This document shows, piece after piece, positions 28,969 to 46,800 of a stretch of DNA of 64,000 nucleotides; positions within the stretch are counted from its first letter, which is position 1; the number at the start of each line of letters is the position of its first letter. The position numbers were made by a program, and so were the translations under genes. The stretch comes from Bugula neritina (taxonomy: Eukaryota; Animalia; Bryozoa), in contig OZ037765.1 of assembly GCA_964035545.1 (NCBI GenBank), positions 15,200,698 to 15,264,697 on the forward strand, written 5' to 3'. Below the pieces are notes generated by a model. That model did not search any database and had not been told where the DNA came from. It was given only the letters and a program-made list of their open reading frames with translations.

Positions 28969-31900
28969 AATGCGCTCTAACATACTGAAATACACTGCAA
29001 CATACTGCAACATACTGAAATACACTGCAACACATTGAAACATATTGCAGCATACTGAAATATACTGCAACATTGAAATATACCGCAACATACTGAAATA
29101 TGCTGTAGCACACTGAAATACACCGCAACTCACTATAATATAGTGTAATATACAGAAATGTACTGTAACATACTGAAATATACTGTAACATACTGAAATA
29201 TACTGCAACATACTGAAGTACACTGCAACATACTGCAACATACTGAAATACACTGTAACATATTGAAATACATTACAACACATTGAAATATACTGCAACA
29301 CACTGAAATATGCTGTAGCACACAGAAATACACTTCAACTCACTATAATATAGTGTAATATACAGAAATGTACTGTAACATACTGAGATACACTGCAACA
29401 TACTGCAACATACTGAAATACACTGTAACATATTGAAATAGACTGCAAAACCTTGAAATATACTGCAACACACTGAAGGATACGGCAACATACTGAAATA
29501 TACTGCGACACATTGAAATATACTGCAACATACTGAAATATGCTGTAGCATACTGAAATATACTGTAACACACTGTAATATACTGCAACATACTGCAACA
29601 TACTGACATACACTGGAACATACTGAAATACACTGCAACATACTACAACATACTGAAATACACTGTAACCTACTGAAACATGCTGTAGCACACTGAAATA
29701 TACTGCAGCATACTGAAATATAATGCAAGTAACTACAACATACTGAAATACACTGTGACATACTGAGATACACTGCAACACCTTGAAATATACTGCAACA
29801 CACTGAAAGATACGGCAACATACTGAAATATACTGCGACACATTGAAATATACTGCAGCATACTGAAATATGCTGTAGCATAATGAAATATGCTGTAGCA
29901 CACTGAAATATACTGCAACATACTGAAATATAATGCAAGTTACTACAACATACTGAAATACACTGTGACATACTGAAACACACTGCAACATACTGCAAGA
30001 TACTGCAACATACTGAAATGCACTGTAACATATTGAAATACACTGCAAAACCTTGAAATATACTGCAACACACTGAAGGATACGGCAACATACTGAAATA
30101 TACTGCGACACATTTAAATATACTGCAACATACTGGAATATGCTGTAGCATACTGAAATATACTGTAACACACTGTTATATACTGCAACATACTGCAACA
30201 TACCGACATATACTGGAACATACTGAAATACATTCCAACATACTACAACATACTGAAATACACTGTAACCTACTGAAATATGCTGTAACACACTGAAGTA
30301 TACTGCAACATACTGAAATATAATGCAAGTAACTACAACATACTGAAATACACTGTGACATACTGAGATACACTGCAACTCACTATAATGTAGTGTAATA
30401 TACAGAAATGTACTGTAACATACTGAAATACACTGTAACATACAGAAATATACTGCAGCATACTGAAGTACACTGCAACATACTGCAACATACTGAAATA
30501 CACTGTAACATATTGAAATACACTGCAAAACCTTGAAATATACTGCAACACACTGAATGATACGGCAACCTACTGAAATATACTGCGACACATTGAAATA
30601 TACTGCAACATACTGAAATATGCTGTAGCATACTGAAATATACTGTAACACACTGTAATATACTGCAACATACTGACATACACTGGAACATACTGAAATA
30701 CACTGCAACATACTACAACATACTGAAATACACTGTAACCTACTGAAATATGCCGTAGCACACTGAAATATACTGCAACATACTGAAATATAATACAAGT
30801 TACTACAACATACTGAAATACACTGTGACATACTGAGATACACTGCAACATACTGCAACATACTGTAACATACCGAAATACACTGTAACCTAATGAAATA
30901 CACTGCAACATACTACAACATACTGAAATACACTGTAACATTTTGAATTACACTGCAACACATTGAAAAATACTGCAACATACCGAAATATATGGCAAAC
31001 TACTGAAATATACTTTAACACATTGAAAAAAACTGCATCATACTGAAATATACTGTAACACACTGAAATATACTGCAAAACACTGAAATACACTGTAACA
31101 TACTGAAATATATTGCAACACACTGCAACATACTGAAATGCGCTGTAACATACTGAAATACACTGCAACATACTGCAACATACTGAAATACACTGCAACA
31201 CATTGAAACATATTGCAGCATACTGAAATATACTGCAACATTGAAATATACCGCAACATACTGAAATATGCTGTAGCACACTGAAATACACTGCAACTCA
31301 CTATAATATAGTGTAATATACAGAAATGTACTGTAACATACTGAAATACACTGTAACATACAGAAATATACTGCAACATACTGAAGTACACTGCAACATA
31401 CTGCAACATACTGAAATACACTGTAACATATTGAAATACACTGCAAAACCTTGAAATATACTGCAACACACTGAATGATACGGCAACATACTGAAATATA
31501 CTGCGACACATTGAAATATACTGCAACATACTGAAATATGCTGTAGCATACTGAAATATACTGTAACACACTGTAATATACTGCAACATACTGACATACA
31601 CTGGAACATACTGAAATACACTGCAACATACTACAACATACTGAAATACACTGTAACCTACTGAAATATGCCGTAGCACAGTGAAATATACTGCAACATA
31701 CTGAAATATAATGCAAGTTACTACAACATACTGAAATACACTGTGACATACTGAGATACACTGCAACATACTGCAACATACTGTAACATACCGAAATACA
31801 CTGTAACCTAATGAAATACACTGCAACATACTACAACATACTGAAATACACTGTAACATTTTGAATTACACTGCAACACATTGAAAAATACTGCAACATA

Positions 31901-34900
31901 CCGAAATATATGGCAAATTACTGAAATATACTTTAACACATTGAAAAAAACTGCATCATACTGAAATATACTGTAACACACTGGAATATACTGCAAAACA
32001 CTGAAATACACTGTAACATACTGAAATACACTGTAACATACTGAAATATACTGCAACACACTGCAACATACTGAAATGCGCTGTAACATACTGAAATACA
32101 CTGCAACATACTGCAACATACTGAAATACACTGCAACACATTGAAACATATTGCAGCATACTGAAATATACTGCAACATTGAAATATACCGCAACATACT
32201 GAAATATGCTGTAGCACACTGAAATACACCGCAACTCACTATGATATAGTGTAATATACAGAAATGTACTGCAACATACTGAAATATACTGTAATATACT
32301 GAAATATACTGCAACATACTGAAGTACACTGCAACATACTGCAACATACTGAAATACACTGTAACATATTGAAATACAATACAACACATTGAAATATACT
32401 GCAACACACTGAAATATGCTGTAGCACACAGAAATACACTGCAACTCACTATAATATAGTGTAATATACAGAAATGTACTGTAACATACTGAGATACAAT
32501 GCAACATACTGCAACATACTGCAACATACTGAAATACACTGTAACATATTGAAATAGACTGCAAAACCTTGAAATATACTGCAACACACTGAAGGATACG
32601 GCAACATACTGAAATATACTGCGACACATTGAAATATACTGCAACATACTGAAATATGCTGTAGCATACTGAAATATACTGTAACACACTGTAATATACT
32701 GCAACATACTGCAACATACTGACATACACTGGAACATACTGAAATACACTGCAACATACTACAACATACTGAAATACACTGTAACCTACTGAAATATGCT
32801 GTAGCACACTGAAATATACTGCAGCATACTGAAATATAATGCAAGTTACTACAACATACTGAAATACACTGTGACATACTGAGATACACTGCAACACCTT
32901 GAAATATACTGCAACACACTGAAAGATACGGCAACATACTGAAAAATACTGCGACACATTGAAATACACTGCAGCATACTGAAATATGCTGTAGCATACT
33001 GAAATATGCTGTAGCACACTGAAATATACTGCAACATACTGAAATATAATGCAAGCTACTACAACATACTGAAATACACTGTGACATATTGAAATACAAT
33101 ACAACACAGTGAAATATACTGCAACACACTGAAATATGCTGTAGCACACAGAAATACACTGCAACTCACTATAATATAGTGTAATATACAGAAATGTACT
33201 GTAACATACTGAGATACAATGCAACATACTGCAACATACTGCAACATACTGAAATACACTGTAACATATTGAAATAGACTGCAAAACCTTGAAATATACT
33301 GCAACACACTGAAGGATACGGCAACATACTGAAATATACTGCGACGCATTGAAATATACTGCAACATACTGAAATATGCTGTAGCATACTGAAATATACT
33401 GTAACACACTGTAATATACTGCAACATACTGCAACATACTGACATACACTGGAACATACTGAAATACACTGCAACATACTACAACATACTGAAATACACT
33501 GTAACCTACTGAAATATGCTGTAGCACACTGAAATATACTGCAGCATACTGAAATATAATGCAAGTTACTACAACATACTGAAATACACTGTGACATACT
33601 GAGATACACTGCAACACCTTGAAATATACTGCAACACACTGAAAGATACGGCAACATACTGAAAAATACTGCGACACATTGAAATACACTGCAGCATACT
33701 GAAATATGCTGTAGCATACTGAAATATGCTGTAGCACACTGAAATATACTGAAACATACTGAAATATAATGCAAGCTACTACAACATACTGAAATACACT
33801 GTGACATACTGAAATACACTGCAACATACTGCAAGATACTGCAACATACTGAAATACACTGTAACATATTGAAATACACTGCAAAACCTTGAAATATACT
33901 GCAACACACTGAAGGATACGGCAACATACTGAAATATACTGCGACACATTTAAATATACTGCAACATACAGAAATATGCTGTAGCATACTGAAATATACT
34001 GTAACACACTGTAATATACTGCAACATACTGCAACATACTGACATATACTGGAACATACTGAAATACACTCCAACATACTACAACATACTGAAATACACT
34101 GTAACCTACTGAAATATGCTGTAGCACAGTGAAGTATACTGCAACATACTGAAATATAATGCAAGTAACTACAACATACTGAAACACACTGTGACATACT
34201 GAGATACACTGCAACATACTGCAACATACTGCAACATACTGAAATACACTGTAACAGACTGTAATGTACTGTAACACACTGAAATATACTGCAACATGCT
34301 GAAATACACTGTAACATACTGAAATATACTGCAACATACTGCAACATACTGAAATACACTGTAACATACTGAAATACACTGCAACATACTGCAACATACT
34401 GAAATACGCTGGAACAAATTGAAACACACTACAACACATTGAAATATACTGCAACACACTGAAACATACAGAAACATACTGAAATATACTGCGACACATT
34501 GAAATATACTGCAACATAGTTAAATATGATGCAAGATACTGCAACATTCTGAAATACACTGTAACAAACTGAAATACACTCCAACATACTACAACATACT
34601 GAAATACACTGTAACATATTAAAATACACCGCAACACATTGAAATATACTGCAACATACCGAAGTATATGGTAAACTACTGAAATATACTGTAACACATT
34701 GAAACATACCGCAAAATACTAAAATACGCTGCAACACACTGAAGTATACCGTAATATATAGAAATGTACTGTAAAATACTTAAACGTACGACAACATACC
34801 AAAAAATGTACTGCAACATACTGAATTACACTGCAATATCCTGAAATATACTTCAACATACTGAAACATACCTAAAAATATTGAAATATACTGAAATACA

Positions 34901-36480
34901 GCGTAGGATATTGAAATACACTGCAACAATTAGGAATATACAGCAACATACCGAAATATATGGTAACCTACTGAAATATGTTGCAAACTACTGAAATATA
35001 CTGCAACATACTGCAACATAATGAAATATACTATAACACACTGGAATAAACTGCAAAATACTGAAATATACTGTAACATACTGAAATACACTGCAACATA
35101 CTACAACATACTGAAATACACTGTAATCTACTGAAATATGCTGTAGCACACTGAAATATACTGCAACATACTGAAATATAATGCAAGTTACTACAACATA
35201 CTGAAATACACTGTGACATACTGAGATACACTGCAACATACTGCAACATACTGAAATACACCGTAACATATTGAAATACACTGCAAAACCTTGAAATATA
35301 CTGCAACACACTGAAGGATACGGCAACATACTGAAATATACTGCGACACATTGAAATATACTGCAACATACTGAAATATGCTGTAGAATACTGAAATATA
35401 CTGTAACACACTGTAATATACTGCAACATACTGCAACATACTGCAACATACTGACATACACTGGAACATACTGAAACACACTGCAACATACTACAACATA
35501 CTGAAATACACTGTAACCTACTGAAATATGCTGTAGCACACCGAAGTATACTGCAACATACTGAAATATAATGCAAGGTACTACAACATACTGAAATACA
35601 CTGTGACATACTGAGATACACTGCAACATACTGCAACATACTGCAACATACTGCAACATACTGAAATACACTGTAACATATTGAAATACACTGCAACACC
35701 TTGAAATATACTGCAACACACTGAAAGATACGGCAACATACTGAAATATACTGCGACATTTTGAAATATACTGCAGCATACTGAAATATGCTGTAGCATA
35801 CTGAAATATACTGTAACACACTGAAATATACTGCAACATACTGAAATACATTGTAACATACTGAAATATACTGCAACAAACTGAAATACACTGTAACATA
35901 CTGAAATATACTGCAACATACTGCAACATCCTGAAATACACTGTAACATACTGAAATACACTGCAACATACTGCAACATACTGAAATACACTGGAACATA
36001 TCGAAACACACTACAACACATTGAAATACACTGCAACACACTGAAACATACAGCAACATACTGAAAGATACTGCGACACATTGAAATATACTGCAACATA
36101 GTCAAATATAATGCAAGATACTGTAACATTCTGAAATACACTGTGAGATACTGAAATACACTGCAACATACTGCAACATACTGCAACATACTGCAACATA
36201 CTGCAACATACTGAAATACACTGCAACACAGTGAAGTATACTGTAAAATACAGAAATATACTGTAACATACTGAAACATATGTCAACATACTGAAATGTA
36301 CTGCAACATGCTGAAATATATTGCAACATACTGAAACATACGGCAACATACTGAAATATACTGCAACACATTGAAATATACTGCAACATACTGAAATATA
36401 ATGCAAGTTACTACAACATACTGAAATACACTGTGACATTCTGAGATACACTGCAACATACTGCAACATACTGTAACATA
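28969..36480. repeat. Long-range rearranged duplicate of about 1-10,160
   Basis: Offsets +28968 (165/29133), +25132 (5044/30176; 5758/30890) and +26322 (6847/33169; 8107/34429; 8666/34988; 9780/36102), with shared rare variants. Contains its own 720-bp tandem duplication (32849/33569). Confidence 0.85.
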
Positions 36481-39400
36481 CTGCAACATACTGAAATACA
36501 CTGTAACAGACTGAAATGTACTGTAACACACTGAAATATACTGCAACATGCCGAAATACACTGTAACATACTGAAATATACTGCGACATACTGCAACATA
36601 CCGAAATACACTGTAACAAACTGAAATACACTCCAACATACTACAACATACTGAAATACACTGTAACATATTAAAATACACCGCAACACATTGAAATATA
36701 CTGCAACATACCGAAGTATATGGTAAACTACTGAAATATACTGTAACACATTGAAACATACCGCAAAATACTAAAATACACTGCAACACACTGAAGTATA
36801 CCGTAATATATAGAAATGTACTGTGAAATACTTAAACATACGACAACATACCAAAAAATGTACTGCAACATACTGAATTACACTGCAATATCCTGAAATA
36901 TACTTCAACATACTGAAACATACCTAAAAATATTGAAATATACTGAAATACAGCGTAGGATATTGAAATACACTGCAACAATTTGGAATATACAGCAACA
37001 TACCGAAATATATGGTAACCTACTGAAATATGTTGCAAACTAGTGAAATATACTGCAACATACTGCAACATAATGAAATATACTATAACACACTGGAATA
37101 AACTGCAAAATACTGAAATATACTGTAACATACTGAAACATACTGCAACATACCGAAAAATACTGTAACATACTGAAATATACTGCAAGATACTGCAATA
37201 TACTGAAATACACTGTAACATACTGAAATACACTGCGACATACTGCAACATACTGACATACACTGGAACATACTGAAATACACTGCAACATACTACAACA
37301 TCATGAAATACACTGTAATCTACTGAAATATGCTGTAGCACACTGAAATATACTGCAACATACTGAAATATAATGCAAGTTACTACAACATACTGAAATA
37401 CACTGTGACATACTGAGATACACTGCAACATACTGCAACATACTGAAATACACCGTAACATATTGAAATACACTGCAAAACCTTGAAATATACTGCAACA
37501 CACTGAAGGATACGGCAACATACTGAAATATACTGCGACACATTGAAATATACTGCAAAATACTGAAATATGCTGTAGCACACTGAAATATACTGTAACA
37601 CACTGTAATATACTGCAAAATACTGCAACATACTGACATACACTGGAACATACTGAAATACACTGCAACATACTACAACATACTGAAATACACTGTAACC
37701 TACTGAAATATGCTGTAGCACACCGAAATATACTGCAACATACTGAAATATAATGCAAGTTACTACAACATACTGAAATACACTGTGACATACTGAGATA
37801 CACTGCAACATACTGCAACATACTGCAACATACTGCAACATACTGAAATACACTGTAACATATTGAAATACACTGCAACACCTTGAAATATACTGCAACA
37901 CACTGAAAGATACGGCAACATACTGAAATATACTGCGACATTTTGAAATATACTGCAGCATACTGAAATATGCTGTAGCATACTGAAATATACTGTAACA
38001 CACTGAAATATAATGCAACATACTGAAATACATTGTAACATACTGAAATATACTGCAACAAACTGAAATACACTGTAACATACTGAAATATACTGCAACA
38101 TACTGCAACATCCTGAAATACACTGTAGCATACTGAAATACACTGCAACATACTGCAACATACTGAAATACACTGGAACATATCGAAACACACTACAACA
38201 CATTGAAATACACTGCAACACACTGAAACATACAGCAACATACTGAAATATACTGCGACACATTGAAATATACTGCAACATAGTCAAATATAATGCAAGA
38301 TACTGTAACATTCTGAAATACACTGTGAGATACTGAAATACACTGCAACATACTGCAACATACTGCAACATACTGAAATACACTGCAACACAGTGAAGTA
38401 TACTGTAAAATACAGAAATATACTGTAACATACTGAAACATATGTCAACATACTGAAATCTACTGCAACATACTGAAATACACTGTAACATACCCAATTA
38501 CACTGCAACAAACTGCAACATACTGAAATACGCTGTAACATATTGAAATACGCTCCAACACATTGAAAGAAACGGCAACATACCTAAATATACGATAATA
38601 TACTGAAATATACTGTACCACATTGAAAAATATTGCAACATACTGAAACATGCTGTAGCACACTGAAATACACTGCAACATATTGAAATACACTGCAAAA
38701 TACTGAAATACACTGCAACATACTGCAACATACTGAAATACACTGTAACCTACTGAAATACACTGCAACATACTAAAACATACTGAAATACACTGTAACA
38801 TTATGAATTACACTGCAACACATTGAAAAATACTGCAACATACCGAAATATATGGTAAACTACTGAAATATACTTTAACACATTGAAAAAAACTGCATTA
38901 TACTGAAATATGCTGTAACACACTGAAACATACTGCAAAACACTGAAATACACTGTAACATACTGAAATATACTGCAACACACTGCAACATACTGAAATA
39001 CGCTGTAACATACTGAAATGCACTGCAACATACTACAACATATTGAAATACACTGCAACACATTGAAATATACTGCAACACACTGAAACATACGGCAACA
39101 TATTGAATTATACTGCAACACATTGAAATATACCACAACATACTGAAATATGCTGTAGCACAAAGAAAAACACTGCAACTCACTATAATATAGTGTAATA
39201 TACAGAAATGTACTGTAACATACTGAAATATACTGTAACATATTGAAATATACTGCAACATACTGAAATACACTGCGACATACTGAAAAACACTGCAACA
39301 TACTGCAACATACTGCAACATACTGAAATACACTGCAACACATTGAAATAAACCGCAACATACCTAAATATACGGTAATATACTGAAATATACTGTAACA

Positions 39401-40809
39401 CATTAAAAAACATTGCAACATACTACAACATACTGAATCACGCTGTAACATATTGAAATACGCTCCAACACATTGAAAGATACTGTAACATACTGAAACA
39501 TACTGCAACACACTGAAATATAATGCAAGTTACTCCAACATACTGAAATACACTGTGACATACTGAGATACACTGTAACATACTGCAACAAACTGCAACA
39601 TACTGCAACATACTGAAATACACTGTAACATATTGAAATACACTGCAACACCTTGAAATATACTGCAACACACTGAAAGATACGGCAACATACTGAAATA
39701 TACTGCGACACATTGAAATATACTGCAGAATACTGAAATATGCTGTAGCATACTGAAATATACTGTAACACACTGAAATATACTGCAACATACTGAAATA
39801 CATTGTAACATACTGAAATATACTGCAACATACTGAAATACACTGTAACATACTGAAATATACTGCAACATACTTCAACATACTGAAATACACTGTGACA
39901 TACTGAGATACACTGCAACATACTGCAACATACTGAAATACACTGTAACATACCCAATTACACTGCAACAAACTGCAACATACTGAAATACGCTGTAACA
40001 TATTGAAATACGCTCCAACACATTGACAGAAACTGCAACATACCTAAATATACGATAATATACTGAAATATACTGTACCACATTGAAAAACATTGCAACA
40101 TACTGAAACATGCTGTAGCACACTGAAATACACTGCAACATATTGAAATACACTGTAAAATACTGAAATACACTGCAACATACTGCAACATACTGAAATA
40201 CACTATAACCTACTGAAATACACTGCAACATACTAAAACATACTGAAATACACTGTAACATGATGAATTACACTGCAACACATTGAAAAATACTGCAACA
40301 TACCGAAATATATGGTAAACTACTGAAATATACTTTGACACATTGAAAAAAACTGCATCATACTGAAATATACTGTAACACACTGAAACATACTGCAAAA
40401 CACTGAAATACACTGTAACATACTGAAATACACTGTAACATACTGAAATATACGGCAACATATTTAAATATACTGCAACACATTGAAATATACCGCAACA
40501 TACTGAAATATGCTGTAGCACACTCAAATACACTGCAACTCACTATAATATAGTGTAATATACAGAAATGTACTGTAACATACTGAAATATACTGTAACA
40601 TACTGAAATATACTGCAACATACTGAAGTACACTGCAACATACTACAACATACTGAAATACACTGTAACATATTGAAATACATCGCAACACATAGAAATA
40701 TACCGCAACATACTGAAATATGCTGTAGCACACTGAAATACACTTCAACATACTGCAACATACTGAAATACATTGGAACATATTGAAATACACTACAACA
40801 CATTGAAAT

Positions 40810-43800
40810 ATACTGCAACACACTGAAACATACAGCAACATACTGAAATATACTGCGACACATTGAGATATACCGCAACATAGTTAAATATAATGCAAGA
40901 TACTGCAACATACTGCAATACACTCTGACATACTGAAATACACTGCGACACATTGAAATAAACCGCAACATACCTAAATATACGGTAACATACTGAAATA
41001 TACTGTAACACATTGAAAAACATTGTAACATACTGAAACATACTGAAATATGCTGTAGCACACTGAAATACACCGCAATTCACTGAAAAATAGTGTAATA
41101 TACGGAAATGTACCGAAATGTACTGAAATAAACTGTAACAGACTGAAATGTACTGTAACACACTGAAATATACTGCAACATGCTAAAATACACTGTAACA
41201 TACTGAAATAAACTGCAAAATACTGCAACATACCAAAATACACTGTAACAAACTGAAATACACTCCAACATACTACAACATACTGAAATATACTGTAACA
41301 TATTGAAATACATCGCAACACATTGAAATATACTGCAACATACCGAAATATATGGTAAACTACTGAAATATACTGTAACACATTGAAACCTACCGCAAAA
41401 TACTAAAATACACTGCAACACATTGAAGTATACTGTAATATATGGAAATGTAATGTAAAATACTTAAACATACGACAACATACTAAAAAATATACTGCAA
41501 CATACTGAATTACACTGCAATATACTGAAATATACTTCAACATACTGAAACATACCTAAAATTATTGAAATATACTGAAATACAGTGTAGGATATTGAAA
41601 TACACTGCAACAATTTTGAATATACAGCAACATACCGAATTATATGGTCACCTACTGAAATATGTTGCAAACTACTGAAATACACTGCAACATACTGCAA
41701 CATAATGAAATATACTGTAACACACTGGAATAAACTGCAAAATACTGAAATATACTGTAACATACTGAAACATACTGCAACATACCGAAATATACTGCGA
41801 CACATTGAAATATACTGCAACACATTGAAATGTACTGCAACACACTGAAACATACGGCAACATATTGAAATATACTGCAACACATTGAAATATACCGCAA
41901 CATACTGCAACATACTGCAACATACTAAAATGCACTGTAAAATATTGAAGTGCACTGCAACACATTGATATATACTGCAACACACTGATATATACAGCAA
42001 CATACTGAAATATACTGCAACACATTGAAATATACTGCAACATAGTCAAATATAATGCAAGATACTGCAACATTCTGAAATACACTGTGACATACTGAAA
42101 TACACTGCAACATACTGCAACATACTGCAACATACTGAAATACACTGTCACATATTGAAGTACACTGCAACACATTGAAATATACTGCAACACACTGAAA
42201 CATACGGCAACATACTGAAATATACTGCAACGCATTGAAATATACTGCAACATACTGAAATATGCTGTAGTATACTGAAATACACTGCAACATATTGTAG
42301 TACACTGTAATATACAGAAATGTACTGCAACATACTGAAACATATGTCAACATACTGAAATGTACTGCAACATGCTGAAACATATTGCAACATACTGAAA
42401 TACACCGTAACAAACCCAATTACACTGCAACAAACTGCAACATACTGAATTACGCTGTAACATATTGAAATACGCTCTAACACATTGAAAGGAACTGCAA
42501 CATACCTAAATATACGATAATATACTGAAATATACTGTAACATATTGAAAAACATTGCAACATACTGAAACATGCTGTAGCCCACTGAAATACACTGCAA
42601 CATACTGAAATACACTGTAAAATACTGAAATACACTGCAACATACTGCAACATACTGAAATACACTGTAACCTAGTGAAATGCACTGCAACATACTACAA
42701 CATGCTGAAATACACTGTAACATTATGAACTACACTGCAACACATTAAAAAATACTGCAACATACCGAAATATATGGTAAACTACTGAAATATACTGTAA
42801 CACATTTAAAAAAACTGCATCATACTAAAAAATACTGTAACACACTGAAATATACTGCAAAACACTGAAATACATTGTAACATACTGAAATACACTGTAA
42901 CATACTGAAATATACTGCAACACACTGCAACATGCTGAAATACGCTGTAACATACTGAAATACACTGCAACATACTACAACACATTGAAATACACTGCAA
43001 CACATTGAAATAAACCGCAACATACCTAAATATACGATAATATACTGAAATATACTGTAACACATTGAAAAACATTGCAACTTACTGAAACATGCTGTAG
43101 CACACTGAAATACACTGCAACATATTGAAATACACTGTAAAATACTGAAATACACTGCAACATGCTGAAATACACTGTAACCTACTGAAATATGCTGTAG
43201 CACACTGAAATATACTGCAACATACTGAAATATAATGCAAGTTACTACAACATACTGAAATACACTGTGACATACTGAGATACACTGCAACATATGGCAA
43301 CATACTGCAACATACTGAAATACACTGTAACATATTGAATATCACTGCAACACCTTGAAATATACTGCAACACACTGAAAGATACGGCAACATACTGAAA
43401 TATACTGCGACACATTGAAATACACTGCAGCATACTGAAATATGCTGTAGTATACTGAAATATACTGTAACACACTGTAATATACTGCAACATACTGCAA
43501 CATACTGACATACATAGAACATACTGAAATACACTGCAACATATTACAACATACTGAAACACACTGTAACCTACTAAAATATGCTGTAGCACACTGAAAT
43601 ATACTGCAACATACTGAGATATAATGCAAGTTACTACAACATACTGAAATACAATGTGACATACTGAGATACACTGCAACAGCTTGAAATATACTGCAAC
43701 ACACTGAAAGATACGGCAACATACTGAAGTATACTGCGACACATTGAAATATACTGCAGCATACTGAAATACTCTGTAGCATACTGAAATATACTGTAAC

Positions 43801-46800
43801 ACACTGAAATATACTGCAACATACTGAAATACATTGTAACATACTGAAATATACTGCAACATACTGAAATACACCGTAACATACTGAAATATACTGCAAC
43901 ATACTGCAACATACCGAAATACACTGTAACATACTGAAATACACTGCAACATACTGCAACATACTGAAATACACTGGAACATATTGAAACACACTACAAC
44001 ACATTGAAATATACTGCAACACACTGAAACATACAGCAATATACCAAAATATACTGCGACACATTGACATATACTGCAACATAGTTAAATAAAATGCAAG
44101 ATACTGCAATATTCTGAAATACACTGTGACATACTGAAATACACTGCAACATACTGCAACATACTGCAACATACTGCAACATACTGAAATACACTGTAAA
44201 ATATTGAAGTGCACTGCAACACATTGAAATATACTGCAACACACTGAAATATACGGCAACATACTGAAATATACTGCAACACATTGAAATATACTGCAAC
44301 ATAGTCAAATATAATGCAAGATACTGTAACATTCTGAAATACACTGTGACATACTGAAATACACTGCAACATACTGCTACATACTGCAACATACTGCAAC
44401 ATTTTGAAATACACTGTCACATATTGAAGTACACTGCAACACATTGAAATATACTGCAACACACTGAAACATACGGCAACATACTGAAATATACTGCAAC
44501 ACATTGAAATATACTGCAACATACTGAAATATGCTGTAGTATACTAAAATACACTGCAACACAGTGAAGTATACTGTAAAATACAGAAATATACTGTAAC
44601 ATACTGAAACATATGTCAGAATACTGAAATGTACTGCGACATGCTGAAATATATTGCAACATACTGAATAACACTGTAACATACTCAATTACACTGCAAC
44701 AAACTGCAACATACTGAACTACGCTGTAACATATTGAAATACGCTCCAACACATTGAAAGAAACTGCAACATACCTAAATATACGATAATATACTGAAAT
44801 ATACTGTAACACATTAAAAAACATTGCAACATACTGAAACATGCTGTAGCACACTGAAATACACTGCAACATACTGAAATACACTGTAAAATACTGAAAT
44901 ACACCGCAACACTGCAACATACTGAAATACACCGTAACCAACTGGAATATGCTGTAGCACACTGAAATATACTGCAACATACTGAAATATAATGCAAGTT
45001 ACTACAACATACTGAATTACACTGCAACATACTGAAATACACTGTAAAATACTGAAATACACCGCAACATACTGCAACATACTGAAATACACCGTAACCA
45101 ACTGGAATATGCTGTAGCACACTGAAATACACTGCAACATACTGAAATACACTGTAAAATACTGAAATACACTGCAACATACAGCAACATACTGAAATAC
45201 ACTGTAACCTACTGAAATACACTACAACATACTACAACATACTGAAATACACAGTAACATTATGAATTACATTGCAACACATTGAAAAATTACTGCAACA
45301 TACCGAAATATATGGTAAACTACTGAAAGATACTGTAACACATTGAAAAAAACTGCAACGTACTGAAATATACTGTCGCACACTGAAATATACTGCAACA
45401 TACTGAGATATAATGCAAGTTACTACAACATACTGAAATACACTGTAACCAACTGGAATATACTGTAACACACTGAAATATACTGCAACACACTGCAACA
45501 TACTGAAATACACTGTGACATACTGAAATACACTGCAACTTATTACAACATATTGAAATACACTGCAACACAATAAAATATACTGCAACACACTGAAACA
45601 TACGGCAACATATTGAAATATACTGCAACACATTGAAATATACCGCAACATACTGAAATATGCTGTAGCACACTGAAATACACTTCAACCAACTGCAACA
45701 TACTGAAATACACTGGAACATATTGAAATACACTACAACACATTGAAATATACTGCAACACACTGAAACATACAGCAACATACTGAAATATACTGCGACA
45801 CATTGAGATATACTGCAACATAGTTCACTATAATGCAAGATAATGCAACATACTGAAATACACTGCAACACATTGAAATAAACCGCAACATACCTAAATA
45901 TACGGTAACATACTGAAATATACTGTAACACATTGAAAAACATTGTAACATACTGAAACATACTGAAATATGCTGTAGCACACTGAAATACACCGCAATT
46001 CACTGAAAAATAGTGTAATATACGGAAATGTACCGTAACATACTGAAATATACTGTAACAGACTGAAATGTACTGTAACACACTGAAATATACTGCAACA
46101 TGCTGAAATACACTGTAACATACTGAAATAAACTGCAACATACTGCAACATATCAAAATACACTGTAACAAACTGAAACACACTCCAACATACTACAACA
46201 TACTGAAATACACTGTAACATATTGAAATACATCGCAACACATTGAAATATACCGCAACATACTGAAATATGCTGTAGCACACTGAAATACACTTCAACA
46301 TACTGCAACATACTGAAATACAATGGAACATATTGAAATACACTACAACACATTGAAATATACTGCAATACACTGAAGGATACGGCAACATACTGAAATA
46401 TACTGCGACACATTGAAATATACTGCAACATACTGAAATATGCTGTAGCATACTGAAATATACTGTAACACACTGAAACATACAGCAACATACTGAAATA
46501 TACTGCGACACATTGAGATATACCGCAACATAGTTAAATATAATGCAAGATACTGCAACATACTGCAATACACTCTGACATACTGAAATACACTGCGACA
46601 CATTGAAATAAACCGCAACATACCTAAATATACGGTAACATACTGAAATATACTGTAACACATTGAAAAACATTGTAACATACTGAAACATACTGAAATA
46701 TGCTGTAGCACACTGAAATACACCGCAATTCACTGAAAAATAGTGTAATATACGGAACTGTACCGAAATGTACTGAAATAAACTGTAACAGACTGAAATG

